Assembly (NCBI GenBank): GCA_051294375.1
Contig: CM119267.1
Coordinates: forward strand, 22,445,486-22,509,485
Direction: 5' to 3'
DNA: 64,000 nt
Source: Paraspadella gotoi
Taxonomy: Eukaryota; Animalia; Chaetognatha
Shown here piece after piece: positions 38,590-53,472 of the stretch; positions within the stretch are counted from its first letter, which is position 1; each line of letters begins with the position of its first letter. The notes under the pieces are model-generated. The model saw only the letters and a list, made by a program, of their open reading frames with translations, was not told the DNA's origin and did not search any database. The position numbers were made by a program, and so were the translations under genes.

Positions 38590-39130
38590 CAACAACGCTT
38601 CTCTACCCGCTAGAGCAGGTACCCCGCTAACCGCCGCTACCCGGCCGGATGATAAATATTTCGGTCTCCTTCATATCGCGCCGCGCCCGACATAGGGGGG
38701 CGGGAGAGAGAGAGGGGGGTTGCCCCCGGGCGGAGAGGGGCCGGCGCGTGCGGAGGGAGAAAAGAAGAAAAAAGTGGAGCGAGGTTCCGGTTTCGGCGCC
38801 GCAGGAGGGGCGTGGCCGGCGTCAAACGCCACGCGCGCGCTCTCTCGCGGATGAAGAGGATGAAGGGAAGAGAAGCGAGGTCGGCGGAGGGCGTCGGGGA
38901 GGTCGTCGACGGGCTTTTCGGGGTCGCCGATTAAGACCCGGGGAGAGGATAGAGACGGAGACACGCACGCTCGCTCTCTCGCGCGCATAGAGTGAGAGAG
39001 AGAGAGACAGAGACGGGAGAGGATGTTCTTTCGTCTCATTCGCAGTCAGCTCACGGGCGCCGTTAACTCCACGAGGTCTGTTTAGGAATCGGTTCCATTC
39101 ATCTATCACGGCCTCGGAGACGCTCGCTCT
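38590..39130. promoter_or_regulatory. GC/CpG-rich island flanked by (GA)n tracts; possible promoter/5' exon of the FERM gene
   Basis: Inferred from composition and position 1-1.5 kb upstream of the FERM coding region only. Confidence 0.35.
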
Positions 39131-39996
39131 CTCGCTCGCTCGCTACAGATCCGTGTACTCTCTCTCTCTACGTTCTCTCCGCCCGCTCGCTCTCCCTCTT
39201 TCACTCTCTTCGAAATCGAAGATGGGGCGGCCAGAGAGAGAGAGAGAGACGGGGCCGATATTTTGGGTCGAATGAGCGGCGAATAGAATCTCCAACGGGA
39301 TTGTTATTGGTTTTTCTTTTTGTAACGTCCGTGAACTATCGCGGTTGGCGAAGAGAGAAAAGGTGGGAGAAAAGAAAGGAAAAAAGGGAGGAAGAACCAA
39401 AATGGAAAAAAAAGGAAACGTGAGAAAGAAAGGAAAAAGGGAGGACGGAGAGAAAGGGGAAAAGGGCAAAGGGCGAAATATAGGACGGAATGACGCTGGG
39501 AGAATCGGAGAACATTTGATTAAGAAGTTCGAAGTTTGAGTGACATCTCGTTGAACGATTACAGTTCCGGGATTTCGCTTGTTTTTCCCTGTTTTTCGTT
39601 ACTGTTGTTGTTTACTGGTGATCTTCCGGCTAATTCGAGCGCTAATTGGTTTTAAATTCCGCCGGTGGTAGTTGTTAGTTGTTTACATTCAACTTGGGTT
39701 CAATTTCGTAAATGGGGAGATGGCGATGAAATTTGTTGACCTAAATTTTGGGTAAAAAAAAAAGTAAGGAGTTTATATTAATATAGTTATTACGATCAGT
39801 GAAACGTCATTTAAATTCTTTGTTGTTGTCGAAATAAAGGTTTTTTTAAAATTTTCTCCCCTCAATTAACAGAGATTCGTCGGCCGCGCGGGTGGGCGTG
39901 GCCTCTGTCTTTCCCAGCCTTTTTCCGGAGTTATGCTCGCAACTGAAAAAAAAAAAAAAGAGGCGAAAGGGACATGGAGAGGGAACTGTGATATCC

Positions 39997-40081
<85 letters not shown>

Positions 40082-40971
40082 AAAGAGAGAAAACGCGAGG
40101 AAAGAATCTCTCACTCTCGTCTCTCTCACTCTCTCTCAATTTTTTTTTTTTCGTGTCTCGCCATCCGTTTCCCCAGCACTCTTCCAGTTCGGGGACGGTA
40201 ATAAAAACTTCCCCCGGCTGTCTCCTCTCTCTTCCTCTTCCTCTCTAGCTCCATCTCCACCCCTCAGCTCCACTTCCTCGCTCCTACACACTCGCTCCCC
40301 TAGCCTCAAGATATAAAAACAAATCTTTTCTCCCTCTCCTCTCCGCTTCACCTAAGCGCCATCTTTCTTTTTTTTTTTCCTAATAATGTTTTCTTCTTTT
40401 TCCACCGCTATCCTATACTCACTCGCGTGCTCCAGTACTCTTTCCCGCTTGGATCCATCATACTCACTTCCCCTTCACCCATCTCACTTTGCCATCGCGC
40501 CTCTCTCTGACTCTGACTCTCTCTTTGTCTCTCTCACTCGATCCCTTTCTGTCTCCTTGCTTCTCCTTATCTCTCTATCCCTCTCTCTCCGTCCTACTCT
40601 CTCTAACTCCCTTTCACTCTCTCTTTTCATTTTCGTTTCCAACTCTCTGCTCCCTCTCTCCCGCTCCCCCTTTCTTTCTCTCCCCCATCCCTCTCTCTCC
40701 CTCCTACCCTCCCTCTCTCATTCTTTCCCTTCCTCCCACTCTCTCTGTCTTCCTCACTCTCCTCTATCTCCCTCTCTCCTCCCTCCCTCTCATTTACTCT
40801 CTCACTCACCTCTCTCTCTTTCTCCCCACCCTCCCCCCCTTCCTTCGCGCTCGGTCGATCTGGTCCGCCTCTCGTGTCCCGAGTTCGGGCAGGTCCGTCA
40901 CGCTACTTAATCTCTTCCTTTCGTTAGGCCCGCATTTTTCGACGTTCCCTAATTAAAAAGGTCACCTGAAG

Positions 40972-41650
40972 GGATGAGATGAGATGAGATGAGATGAGAA
41001 TAAGATATTTGAAATATTTTCACTTCAATTGATAGGGAAGCCAGGTACTCTGGGAGTGAATAAACGAGACTATGAGAGGTCTTGATTGAAAGCTTGCAGG
41101 GACCTGCTATGTCATTATCCTTGTAAGAGTGATGGAGGCCTTAAACCACCAAAGCCTGTCCAAAGTCAGGGGCAAGATAGCTATTTATTAAATGATGGGA
41201 TAATTTTTATATGGTTGTACAATTTCCATAAGAATAAGATGAGAATAAGATGAGATGATATTAAGAAGAGACGGAGATGAGATGAGATGAAATGATAAAA
41301 GAATGAGATGAGTTGAGATAAGATGAACTGAAGATGAGAATGTGATGATATAATTATAAGTTGAAATAAAGAAAAACATCGATTTGGGAAACAGTGCTAA
41401 TTTTATTTAGACCATGCATTCAAACCATTAGCTGGTTCAATTATTCACTTAACAATCTATAAAGTTAAAATGATATGAGAATAAGAGGGAATGATATAAG
41501 ATGACATTAGAAAAGAATGAGATGAGATGAGATGAGAATAGGATGAGTTATATAAGAGGAAGATGGAGATGAGATGAGATGAGATGAAATGATAAAATAA
41601 ATGAGATGAGATAATATAAGTTTGAAATGATATGAGAATAAGATGAGATA
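40972..41650. repeat. Degenerate (GATGA)n pentanucleotide arrays
   Basis: GAGATGAGATGAGAT runs at about 40972-41000, 41230-41345 and 41470-41650. Confidence 0.85.
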
Positions 41651-42534
41651 ACAACAAAAGCTCAGTGAACATTGGCCACGAGGGCAAGGACCTCATCTTC
41701 ATTCTTCATAACCTCGATATATAACAACAACGCCTCCCAAAGGCCAAAAACAACAACAACAATAAACTCCGTGATTCTCGTTCGGAAATAACGTGGCACG
41801 AACCAAAAATAACAAAAACAAACCTTTTCATCCAGTGATGACCCGAGCGTATAACCACAGTAAAGGCACAAAACTAAAGCGTTAACAATTCAACGTCATG
41901 TCGTAAAAAAGCCCCCCAAAATTTTGTATTTTACATTTTATATTATACATTGTAAATACTACCATGAAATATCAAAATATCGTTTGGAAAATACGATATT
42001 ATTAAACCTTATTAAAATATCTAAAATAATGGACAAAACTTCTAAGTAAACCGAAAACAAAATATATAAGAAATAATCTAAATCGCTACAATATGTAAAT
42101 CAGATTGAAGAAACTCAAATCTCATTTGAAACGACCACAAATATTCTGCTTCAAGTTAATCCAAGAAAGGAAGTTCCCAATGATAACGGACCCGGGTAAC
42201 CACGACGGACAACAAACAACAGCCGTCCTATTTCCATCCTTTCCTACCAATCCGACTCACCCAATCTCCACTCCCCCCCCACCCCCCCTTCCACGCGCGC
42301 CCTCGTTCCGGTTTTCCGATTCTCTGCCTCGAATTGGATTAGTCACCGAAGTCTCGATTTCACGCGACGGGACTCACAAATTCCTCTTCATTGTAACGCG
42401 GAACGCGGCGGCGCGACCGACGGCAATCGGGTTACGCGCCGCCGACGCGCCCCGCCCCAATTTCGACTTCATGGTGTCCCGCGCGAAAAAACGTGTTCTC
42501 GTGTTTCTCTCTCTCTCTCTTCTCTCTCTCTCTC

Positions 42535-42590
<56 letters not shown>

Positions 42591-43241
42591 ACTCCAACTT
42601 CCCCACCTTGTCCCTTTCCCGGATCGCTTACTCGACGTATCTCTCTTCTCTCTCTCTCTGTCTCAGTTATTCCCTCGTCCCTTGTCTCTTCACAATATAG
42701 GAGAAAGAGACTGAAGCGACTCCAAAAAATTTATCGAACCGAAAAAAAAAAAAGAAACCCATCTTTCTATTTTTTTTCACACAGGTTTTTTAGTCCGCGC
42801 CGCGAGTACTCGCGGGCACAACACTCTTAGTCTTTTTTCGATCGGTCGGTTTTTTTTTGCTCGGTTTCTCCTGTCTGTCCTTCATGCAGCTAACGTCGTT
42901 TGTAAACGAGAGAGTTACTATATTTTTTGTGTTTTACACTTGGTAAAGGAATAAGTGGTTTACCATAAGATTGCTTCTTGGTCCATGTCAAAAATATGTG
43001 GTCCAATAACATCAATGTTTCATAATTGTATAGTCACGTGATTAATCTAAATTGGGTACAAAAAACGCAATATAAAAAGGTTATCGCAATCAATTTAAAT
43101 AAATAAGCTTCTTGCCCCTGACTTTGACAGGCCTTTGGGGTGGTTTAAGGGCCTCCATCACTCTTACAAGATAATGACATGGCAGGTCCCTGCAAGCTTT
43201 CAAATCAAGACTCTCTCACAGTCCTTGTTTATTTACTCCCA
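41051..43241. repeat. Pair of approx. 170-190-bp inverted repeats (41051-41220 and 43052-43241)
   Basis: TGGGAGT.AATAAAC...GAAAGCTTGCAGGGACCTGC.ATGTCATTATC...GTAAGAGTGATGGAGGCC...AAAGTCAGGGGCAAGA occurs in both orientations. Confidence 0.8.
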
Positions 43242-43628
43242 TATATCATTTATATCAAAAAGTCACTTTGTCACAACTTGAATTTTATTGAACTTGTTTT
43301 TCTTTTTCATTAAATCTATTCTAATTTGTTTTTCTAATTTTTCGATTTTTTCTCCTGATTTTCCTTCGATTTTTTTTTCGGCAAGTTTTTTCTTCTTTCC
43401 TCCCATTGCTCTTTTTTTTTCACCGTCACACCATTTCCGGTCCGTCGCTCCTCATCGAGCCACGCCCACTCGATTTTTTTTGGTAGGGCCTTTTTTTCGC
43501 CGCGAACCTTTTGCGACAACCTCTTTTTTTTTTAAAAACCTTTGAAACCTGTCTCGGGAAAATTGGGCGACGCTCCCTTTCACTCTGTCAATCTATCTCT
43601 CTCTCTCTCTCTCCTCTTCTCTCTCTCT

Positions 43629-43659
<31 letters not shown>

Positions 43660-45439
43660 CTCTTTCTGAGCCAATCTGCCAATTTTTTTCCTTTCTGTCT
43701 CTTACCCCTTAGAAGCTTTCACTCCGTCCGCTCTTGCGTTCTTATCACAGTCTCTCACATTTCATTCTCTCTCTCTTCTCTCTCTCTTCTCTCTCTCTTC
43801 TCTTCTCTCTTCCTCTTCTCTCTCTCTCTTCTCTCTCTCTCTCTCTCTCTCTCTTCTACTCTCTATTCTCTCTCTCTCTCCCGGTTTTCGGCACGCGCGC
43901 GCCGCTCGAATGCGCGTTCTCGCGACCCGATTGGACGATCCGCCCCGCGTCGGCAGAGAAATAACTCCCTTCCGCCGCCTCCGCCGCCTCCGCCCCTCCG
44001 CCGCCAGCCCGACGCGTAAACACCATGGCAACGGAGACGTGAGAAAAATAAATGAATTAAAATAAAGACGAAAATAAAAATAAATAAAATCTCGCGCCAA
44101 ATAAAGGTCGGAAATGAGAGACGAGAGGAGAGAGAGAGGAGAGGAGAAGAGAGAGAGAGAGAAGATGAGAGAGAGAGAGGAGAGAGAGAGAGACGAGAGA
44201 GACAACGAGACGACGGGGACGCTTTTGGCCTTCCCAACAGGACGGGTGTTGCTCTCATGCCTGTTTCTTTCCTATTCCAATTTCCTCTCACACTTTCCTG
44301 CCTTCTCGAAAATTTCACTCTCTCTCTCTCTATTTCTTCTTTCTCTCTTCAGTATCTCAATCTGCCAAAAATTGGGATAAAAAAAAAAAATAGTCCACCA
44401 ATAAATTCATAACGCCAAGGAAAAAATCATAAACACTTTTTTATTGCCCTAATGTGTTTTTTTTCTGAGCGAGGGCAAAAAAAAAACTGGAGAATTTCGT
44501 TTCCAAAATTCAGCCTCACGAACGCGGAATCTCCCGATGTAAGAGCGAATAATGCGTTGACTCACCCGGATTTAATTCAAACTGAGCGCGCTCTTCTGCT
44601 TCTAGAGCGATAGTAAACTCCAAAACAGCGGAAAAAGAAATGACAGAAAAAAAATAATTAATAAACAAAAAACAAACCGGGCTTAAGCCTTAAAGCGCGG
44701 TAAAAAAATGGCTGAGCGTTGAAAAAAAAAAAACATTTCCAGCGAATAAAATAAACGAGCCAAATTGAGGCAAAAAAGAGGAGAGAGAGACGAGAGAGGT
44801 TTTTAGATGTTTTGAGAGAAAAGAGAGAGAGAGAGAGAGGGATCAGAGGAGAGAGAGAGAGAGCGAGGAGGGGAGAGATGACGGAGATGGAGAGAGAGAG
44901 AGACGAGATTGAGAGAGAGAGAGAGGGTGTGTGGAAAAGAAATAGAAGGCAGAGGACAGGAAAAGAGAGATCGAGGAAAAAGAGCGAGGACGAATTATAG
45001 AGACAGAGGAGTCTGAGGGGGTTCTGATTTATTAAAATACGAATGTTGAAGTGAAGCATTTGTGAATTTCCATTCGAGTGCTGGTAAAGCAGAGGAAAAC
45101 AATTATGAGGAAAAAAAGCGCCATTGATCACTGGAAAACTTAAACTAGAAAAGTTAAATAATTATTTTTAGTTTTTGCGCAAGTGAGTCAGGCTCCATTA
45201 AGGAGAACAGATACAACTGGATATAGCGAGCGATTTTTTTACGTTGCGAGCGTGGACCGAGTTTTGAACGAGGAGATTAGTGAAACGTGCCCGTTTTGGC
45301 GAGCCTCGACCTCCACGCCTTCCTTCTCGGTGCCCCTTGGCGGCCGCTTCAGATACCACATCAGAAAGACATAAAGAGTGGACAAGACGGTCATTATCGC
45401 CCCCGGCGGCGGAAAACTCTATAGTTCGTTCTCTCCTCT

Positions 45440-45499
<60 letters not shown>

Positions 45500-46415
45500 T
45501 CTCTCTCTCTCTCTCTCCTCTCTCTCACTTTCCTTTCCTTCTTGGTTCGGAAAAGAAAGTTCCGTCCAAAAAAAAAATGTTTTTTTCAACATAACGGACT
45601 TCATGACACTCGCTTTTTTCTTTTTCTTTTCTTTTCTTTTCTTTTTCCTTTTTATCTTTTCTGTGCTAAAATTTTTGTTTCTTTTTCTCTTTCTGGACTT
45701 CCATTTTTCTTTTTCATTTGGGTTTTTATTTCATTGTCTTAATTGACACTCTTTGATGCCTTTTCATTCGACTCATTTAAGTTTCTTTGTGGTTTTTTGT
45801 TTGTTTGTTTTTTGTCCCAATTTTGTTTATGGGTAAAGTCCATATTTTTTTTTAATTTGAACCCCTTATTTTATTTCTCCATTATTTTGTCTTCTATTTT
45901 CCGTTACTTTTTTTATTTTTGGTTGGTTGTTCTTGCGCCATTTGTTTTATATTTTCTCATTCCCAGCGCACTCTTTTTTTTTCCTCTCTCGACGCCATCT
46001 TTCTTTTTTTTTTTTTCTTTTACGCTTTTAGCGTCTCTTCCCACCCCCCCATCGTTTTTTTNNNNNNNNNNNNNNNNNNNNNNNNNAAAAAAAAAAGAAA
46101 GTGCGCTGGAATGAGAAAATATAAAACAGAATGGCGCAAGAACAACAACAAAAATAAAAAAAAAGTAACGGAAATAGAGACAAAATATGGAGAAAATAAA
46201 ATAAGGGGTTCAAATAAAAAAAAATATGGACTTTACCCATAAAACAAAATTGGGACAAAAAACAAACAAACAAAAAAACACAAGAAATAAAATGAGTCGA
46301 AAATGAAAAAAGGCATCAGAGTGTCAAATAAGAAAATGAATAAAACCCAAATAAAAAGAAAATGGAGTCCAGAAAGAGAAAAGAACAAAATTTTAGCACA
46401 GAAAAGATAAAAAGG

Positions 46416-46452
<37 letters not shown>

Positions 46453-46643
46453 GNNNNNNNNNNNNNNNNNNNNNNNNNNNNNNNNNNNNNNNNNNNNNNN
46501 NNNNNNNNNNNNNNNNNNNNNNNNNNNNNNNNNNNNNNNNNNNNNNNNNNNNNNNNNNNNNNNNNNNNNNNNNNNNNNNNNNNNNNNNNNNNNNNNNNNN
46601 NNNNNNNNNNNNNNNNNNNNNNNNNNNNNNNNNNNNNNNNNNN

Positions 46644-46675
<32 letters not shown>

Positions 46676-47133
46676 CTATAGAGTTTCCGCCGCCGGGGGC
46701 GATTGACCGTCTTTCACTCTTTATGTCTTTCTGATGTGTATCTGAAGCGCCGCCAGGGGCCACGAGAAGGAAGCGGCGGGAGGTCGAGGCTCGCCACGGG
46801 CACGTTCACTATCTCACTCGTTCAAACTCGGTCACGCTCGCTAAAACTCGCTCGCTATACCAGTTGTATCTGTTCTCCTTAATGGAGCCTCGAACTCACT
46901 TGCGCAAAACTAAAAATAATTATTTAACTTTTCTAGTTTAAGTTTTCCAGTGATCAATGGCGCTTTTTTCCTCATAATTGTTTTCTCTTACAGCCACTCG
47001 AATGGAAATTCACAAATGCTCACTCAACATTCGTATTTTACTATCAGAACCCCTCAGACTCTCTGTCTCTATAATTCGTCCTCGCTTCTTTTCTAAGAGG
47101 CGAAAGGGACATGGAGAGGGAACTGTGATATCC

Positions 47134-47218
<85 letters not shown>

Positions 47219-49671
47219 AAAGAGAGAAAACGCGAGGAAAGAATCTCTCACTCTCGTCTCTCTCACTCTCTCTCAATTTTTTTTTTTTCGTGTCTCGCCA
47301 TCCGTTTCCCCAGCACTCTTCCAGTTCGGGGACGGTAATAAAAACTTCCCCCGGCTGTCTCCTCTCTCTTCCTCTTCCTCTCTAGCTCCATCTCCACCCC
47401 TCAGCTCCACTTCCTCGCTCCTACACACTCGCTCCCCTAGCCTCAAGATATAAAAACAAATCTTTTCTCCCTCTCCTCTCCGCTTCACCTAAGCGCCATC
47501 TTTCTTTTTTTTTTTCCTAATAATGTTTTCTTCTTTTTCCACCGCTATCCTATACTCACTCGCGTGCTCCAGTACTCTTTCCCGCTTGGATCCATCATAC
47601 TCACTTCCCCTTCACCCATCTCACTTTGCCATCGCGCCTCTCTCTGACTCTGACTCTCTCTTTGTCTCTCTCACTCGATCCCTTTCTGTCTCCTTGCTTC
47701 TCCTTATCTCTCTATCCCTCTCTCTCCGTCCTACTCTCTCTAACTCCCTTTCACTCTCTCTTTTCATTTTCGTTTCCAACTCTCTGCTCCCTCTCTCCCG
47801 CTCCCCCTTTCTTTCTCTCCCCCATCCCTCTCTCTCCCTCCTACCCTCCCTCTCTCATTCTTTCCCTTCCTCCCACTCTCTCTGTCTTCCTCACTCTCCT
47901 CTATCTCCCTCTCTCCTCCCTCCCTCTCATTTACTCTCTCACTCACCTCTCTCTCTTTCTCCCCACCCTCCCCCCCTTCCTTCGCGCTCGGTCGATCTGG
48001 TCCGCCTCTCGTGTCCCGAGTTCGGGCAGGTCCGTCACGCTACTTAATCTCTTCCTTTCGTTAGGCCCGCATTTTTCGACGTTCCCTAATTAAAAAGGTC
48101 ACCTGAAGGGATGAGATGAGATGAGATGAGATGAGAATAAGATATTTGAAATATTTTCACTTCAATTGATAGGGAAGCCAGGTACTCTGGGAGTGAATAA
48201 ACGAGACTATGAGAGGTCTTGATTGAAAGCTTGCAGGGACCTGCTATGTCATTATCCTTGTAAGAGTGATGGAGGCCTTAAACCACCAAAGCCTGTCCAA
48301 AGTCAGGGGCAAGATAGCTATTTATTAAATGATGGGATAATTTTTATATGGTTGTACAATTTCCATAAGAATAAGATGAGAATAAGATGAGATGATATTA
48401 AGAAGAGACGGAGATGAGATGAGATGAAATGATAAAAGAATGAGATGAGTTGAGATAAGATGAACTGAAGATGAGAATGTGATGATATAATTATAAGTTG
48501 AAATAAAGAAAAACATCGATTTGGGAAACAGTGCTAATTTTATTTAGACCATGCATTCAAACCATTAGCTGGTTCAATTATTCACTTAACAATCTATAAA
48601 GTTAAAATGATATGAGAATAAGAGGGAATGATATAAGATGACATTAGAAAAGAATGAGATGAGATGAGATGAGAATAGGATGAGTTATATAAGAGGAAGA
48701 TGGAGATGAGATGAGATGAGATGAAATGATAAAATAAATGAGATGAGATAATATAAGTTTGAAATGATATGAGAATAAGATGAGATAACAACAAAAGCTC
48801 AGTGAACATTGGCCACGAGGGCAAGGACCTCATCTTCATTCTTCATAACCTCGATATATAACAACAACGCCTCCCAAAGGCCAAAAACAACAACAACAAT
48901 AAACTCCGTGATTCTCGTTCGGAAATAACGTGGCACGAACCAAAAATAACAAAAACAAACCTTTTCATCCAGTGATGACCCGAGCGTATAACCACAGTAA
49001 AGGCACAAAACTAAAGCGTTAACAATTCAACGTCATGTCGTAAAAAAGCCCCCCAAAATTTTGTATTTTACATTTTATATTATACATTGTAAATACTACC
49101 ATGAAATATCAAAATATCGTTTGGAAAATACGATATTATTAAACCTTATTAAAATATCTAAAATAATGGACAAAACTTCTAAGTAAACCGAAAACAAAAT
49201 ATATAAGAAATAATCTAAATCGCTACAATATGTAAATCAGATTGAAGAAACTCAAATCTCATTTGAAACGACCACAAATATTCTGCTTCAAGTTAATCCA
49301 AGAAAGGAAGTTCCCAATGATAACGGACCCGGGTAACCACGACGGACAACAAACAACAGCCGTCCTATTTCCATCCTTTCCTACCAATCCGACTCACCCA
49401 ATCTCCACTCCCCCCCCACCCCCCCTTCCACGCGCGCCCTCGTTCCGGTTTTCCGATTCTCTGCCTCGAATTGGATTAGTCACCGAAGTCTCGATTTCAC
49501 GCGACGGGACTCACAAATTCCTCTTCATTGTAACGCGGAACGCGGCGGCGCGACCGACGGCAATCGGGTTACGCGCCGCCGACGCGCCCCGCCCCAATTT
49601 CGACTTCATGGTGTCCCGCGCGAAAAAACGTGTTCTCGTGTTTCTCTCTCTCTCTCTTCTCTCTCTCTCTC

Positions 49672-49727
<56 letters not shown>

Positions 49728-50765
49728 ACTCCAACTTCCCCACCTTGTCCCTTTCCCGGATCGCTTACTCGACGTATCTCTCTTCTCTCTCTCTCTGTCT
49801 CAGTTATTCCCTCGTCCCTTGTCTCTTCACAATATAGGAGAAAGAGACTGAAGCGACTCCAAAAAATTTATCGAACCGAAAAAAAAAAAAGAAACCCATC
49901 TTTCTATTTTTTTTCACACAGGTTTTTTAGTCCGCGCCGCGAGTACTCGCGGGCACAACACTCTTAGTCTTTTTTCGATCGGTCGGTTTTTTTTTGCTCG
50001 GTTTCTCCTGTCTGTCCTTCATGCAGCTAACGTCGTTTGTAAACGAGAGAGTTACTATATTTTTTGTGTTTTACACTTGGTAAAGGAATAAGTGGTTTAC
50101 CATAAGATTGCTTCTTGGTCCATGTCAAAAATATGTGGTCCAATAACATCAATGTTTCATAATTGTATAGTCACGTGATTAATCTAAATTGGGTACAAAA
50201 AACGCAATATAAAAAGGTTATCGCAATCAATTTAAATAAATAAGCTTCTTGCCCCTGACTTTGACAGGCCTTTGGGGTGGTTTAAGGGCCTCCATCACTC
50301 TTACAAGATAATGACATGGCAGGTCCCTGCAAGCTTTCAAATCAAGACTCTCTCACAGTCCTTGTTTATTTACTCCCATATATCATTTATATCAAAAAGT
50401 CACTTTGTCACAACTTGAATTTTATTGAACTTGTTTTTCTTTTTCATTAAATCTATTCTAATTTGTTTTTCTAATTTTTCGATTTTTTCTCCTGATTTTC
50501 CTTCGATTTTTTTTTCGGCAAGTTTTTTCTTCTTTCCTCCCATTGCTCTTTTTTTTTCACCGTCACACCATTTCCGGTCCGTCGCTCCTCATCGAGCCAC
50601 GCCCACTCGATTTTTTTTGGTAGGGCCTTTTTTTCGCCGCGAACCTTTTGCGACAACCTCTTTTTTTTTTAAAAACCTTTGAAACCTGTCTCGGGAAAAT
50701 TGGGCGACGCTCCCTTTCACTCTGTCAATCTATCTCTCTCTCTCTCTCTCCTCTTCTCTCTCTCT

Positions 50766-50796
<31 letters not shown>

Positions 50797-53441
50797 CTCT
50801 TTCTGAGCCAATCTGCCAATTTTTTTCCTTTCTGTCTCTTACCCCTTAGAAGCTTTCACTCCGTCCGCTCTTGCGTTCTTATCACAGTCTCTCACATTTC
50901 ATTCTCTCTCTCTTCTCTCTCTCTTCTCTCTCTCTTCTCTTCTCTCTTCCTCTTCTCTCTCTCTCTTCTCTCTCTCTCTCTCTCTCTCTCTTCTACTCTC
51001 TATTCTCTCTCTCTCTCCCGGTTTTCGGCACGCGCGCGCCGCTCGAATGCGCGTTCTCGCGACCCGATTGGACGATCCGCCCCGCGTCGGCAGAGAAATA
51101 ACTCCCTTCCGCCGCCTCCGCCGCCTCCGCCCCTCCGCCGCCAGCCCGACGCGTAAACACCATGGCAACGGAGACGTGAGAAAAATAAATGAATTAAAAT
51201 AAAGACGAAAATAAAAATAAATAAAATCTCGCGCCAAATAAAGGTCGGAAATGAGAGACGAGAGGAGAGAGAGAGGAGAGGAGAAGAGAGAGAGAGAGAA
51301 GATGAGAGAGAGAGAGGAGAGAGAGAGAGACGAGAGAGACAACGAGACGACGGGGACGCTTTTGGCCTTCCCAACAGGACGGGTGTTGCTCTCATGCCTG
51401 TTTCTTTCCTATTCCAATTTCCTCTCACACTTTCCTGCCTTCTCGAAAATTTCACTCTCTCTCTCTCTATTTCTTCTTTCTCTCTTCAGTATCTCAATCT
51501 GCCAAAAATTGGGATAAAAAAAAAAAATAGTCCACCAATAAATTCATAACGCCAAGGAAAAAATCATAAACACTTTTTTATTGCCCTAATGTGTTTTTTT
51601 TCTGAGCGAGGGCAAAAAAAAAACTGGAGAATTTCGTTTCCAAAATTCAGCCTCACGAACGCGGAATCTCCCGATGTAAGAGCGAATAATGCGTTGACTC
51701 ACCCGGATTTAATTCAAACTGAGCGCGCTCTTCTGCTTCTAGAGCGATAGTAAACTCCAAAACAGCGGAAAAAGAAATGACAGAAAAAAAATAATTAATA
51801 AACAAAAAACAAACCGGGCTTAAGCCTTAAAGCGCGGTAAAAAAATGGCTGAGCGTTGAAAAAAAAAAAACATTTCCAGCGAATAAAATAAACGAGCCAA
51901 ATTGAGGCAAAAAAGAGGAGAGAGAGACGAGAGAGGTTTTTAGATGTTTTGAGAGAAAAGAGAGAGAGAGAGAGAGGGATCAGAGGAGAGAGAGAGAGAG
52001 CGAGGAGGGGAGAGATGACGGAGATGGAGAGAGAGAGAGACGAGATTGAGAGAGAGAGAGAGGGTGTGTGGAAAAGAAATAGAAGGCAGAGGACAGGAAA
52101 AGAGAGATCGAGGAAAAAGNNNNNNNNNNNNNNNNNNNNNNNNNTTTTTTTTTTCAACGCTCAGCCATTTTTTCCCGCGCTTAAGGCTTAAGCGGTTGTT
52201 TTTGTTTATTATTTATTTTTTCTCATTTCTTTTTCCGCTGTTTTGGAGTTTACTATCGCCGAGAAGCAGAGAGCGCGCTACAGTTTGAATTAAATCCGGG
52301 TGAGTCAACGCATATTCGCTCTTACATCCGGGAGATTCGCGTTCGTGAGGCTGAATTTGGAAACGAAATTCTCCATTTTTTTTGCCCTCGCTCAGAAAAA
52401 AAAAATTAGGCAATAAAAAAGTTTTATGATTTTCTTGGCGTTATGAGTTTATGGTGGAAACTATTTTTTCATTTTTGGCAGATTGAGATACTGAAGAGAG
52501 AAAGAAGAAAATAGAGAGAGAGAGAGTGAGTATTTTCGAGAGAGACAGGAAAAGTGTGAGAGAAATTGAATAGAGAAAGAAACAGGCATGAGAGAACACC
52601 CGTCTGTTGGCAAGGCAAAGCGTCCCCGTCGTCTCGTTTGTCTCTCTCTCTCTNNNNNNNNNNNNNNNNNNNNNNNNNNNNNNNNNNNNNNNNNNNNNNN
52701 NNNNNNNNNNNNNNNNNNNNNNNNNNNNNNNNNNNNNNNNNNNNNNNNNNNNNNNNNNNNNNNNNNNNNNNNNNNNNNNNNNNNNNNNNNNNNNNNNNNN
52801 NNNNNNNNNNNNNNNNNNNNNNNNNGCGGCGGGCTGGCGGCGGAGGCGGCGGAGGCGGCGGAGGCGGCGGAGGGAGTTATTTCTCTGCCGACGCGGGGCG
52901 GATCGTCANNNNNNNNNNNNNNNNNNNNNNNNNGGAGAGGAAAAAAAAAAAGAAGTGCGCTGGTGGAATTGAGAAAATATTAAAACAGAATCGCCGCGCA
53001 GCCAAGAACAACAACCAAAAATTAAAAAAAAGTAACGGAAATAGAGACAAAATAATGCGAGAAATAAAATAAGGGGTTCAAATTAAAAAAAAATATGGAC
53101 TTTACCCATGAAACAAAATTTGTGGAAAAAAAAAACAAACAAAAAGACACAAGCAAACTTAAATGAGTCGAAATTGAAAAAAGGCTATCAACAAGTGTCA
53201 ATTAAGAAATATGAAATAAAAACCCAAATAAAAAGAAAATGGAAGTCCAGAAAGAGAAAAAGAAACAAAATTTTAGCCACAGAAAAGATAAAAAGGAAAA
53301 AAAAAAGAAAAGAATAATGAAAAGAAAAAAGAAAAAAGGCGAGTTGTCATTTTGAATCCTTATGTTGAAAAAAACATTTTTTTTTTAGCGACGGAACTTT
53401 CTTTTCCGAACCGAAGAAGGAAAAAGGAAAGTGAGAGAGAG

Positions 53442-53472
<31 letters not shown>

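Larger units (their letters stand above)
39958..44982 (+). repeat. 5.0-kb block duplicated in direct orientation at 47095-52119 (offset 7137)
   Basis: The ORF track gives identical translations at a constant offset (40386/47523, 42105/49242, 44114/51251). Confidence 0.95.
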
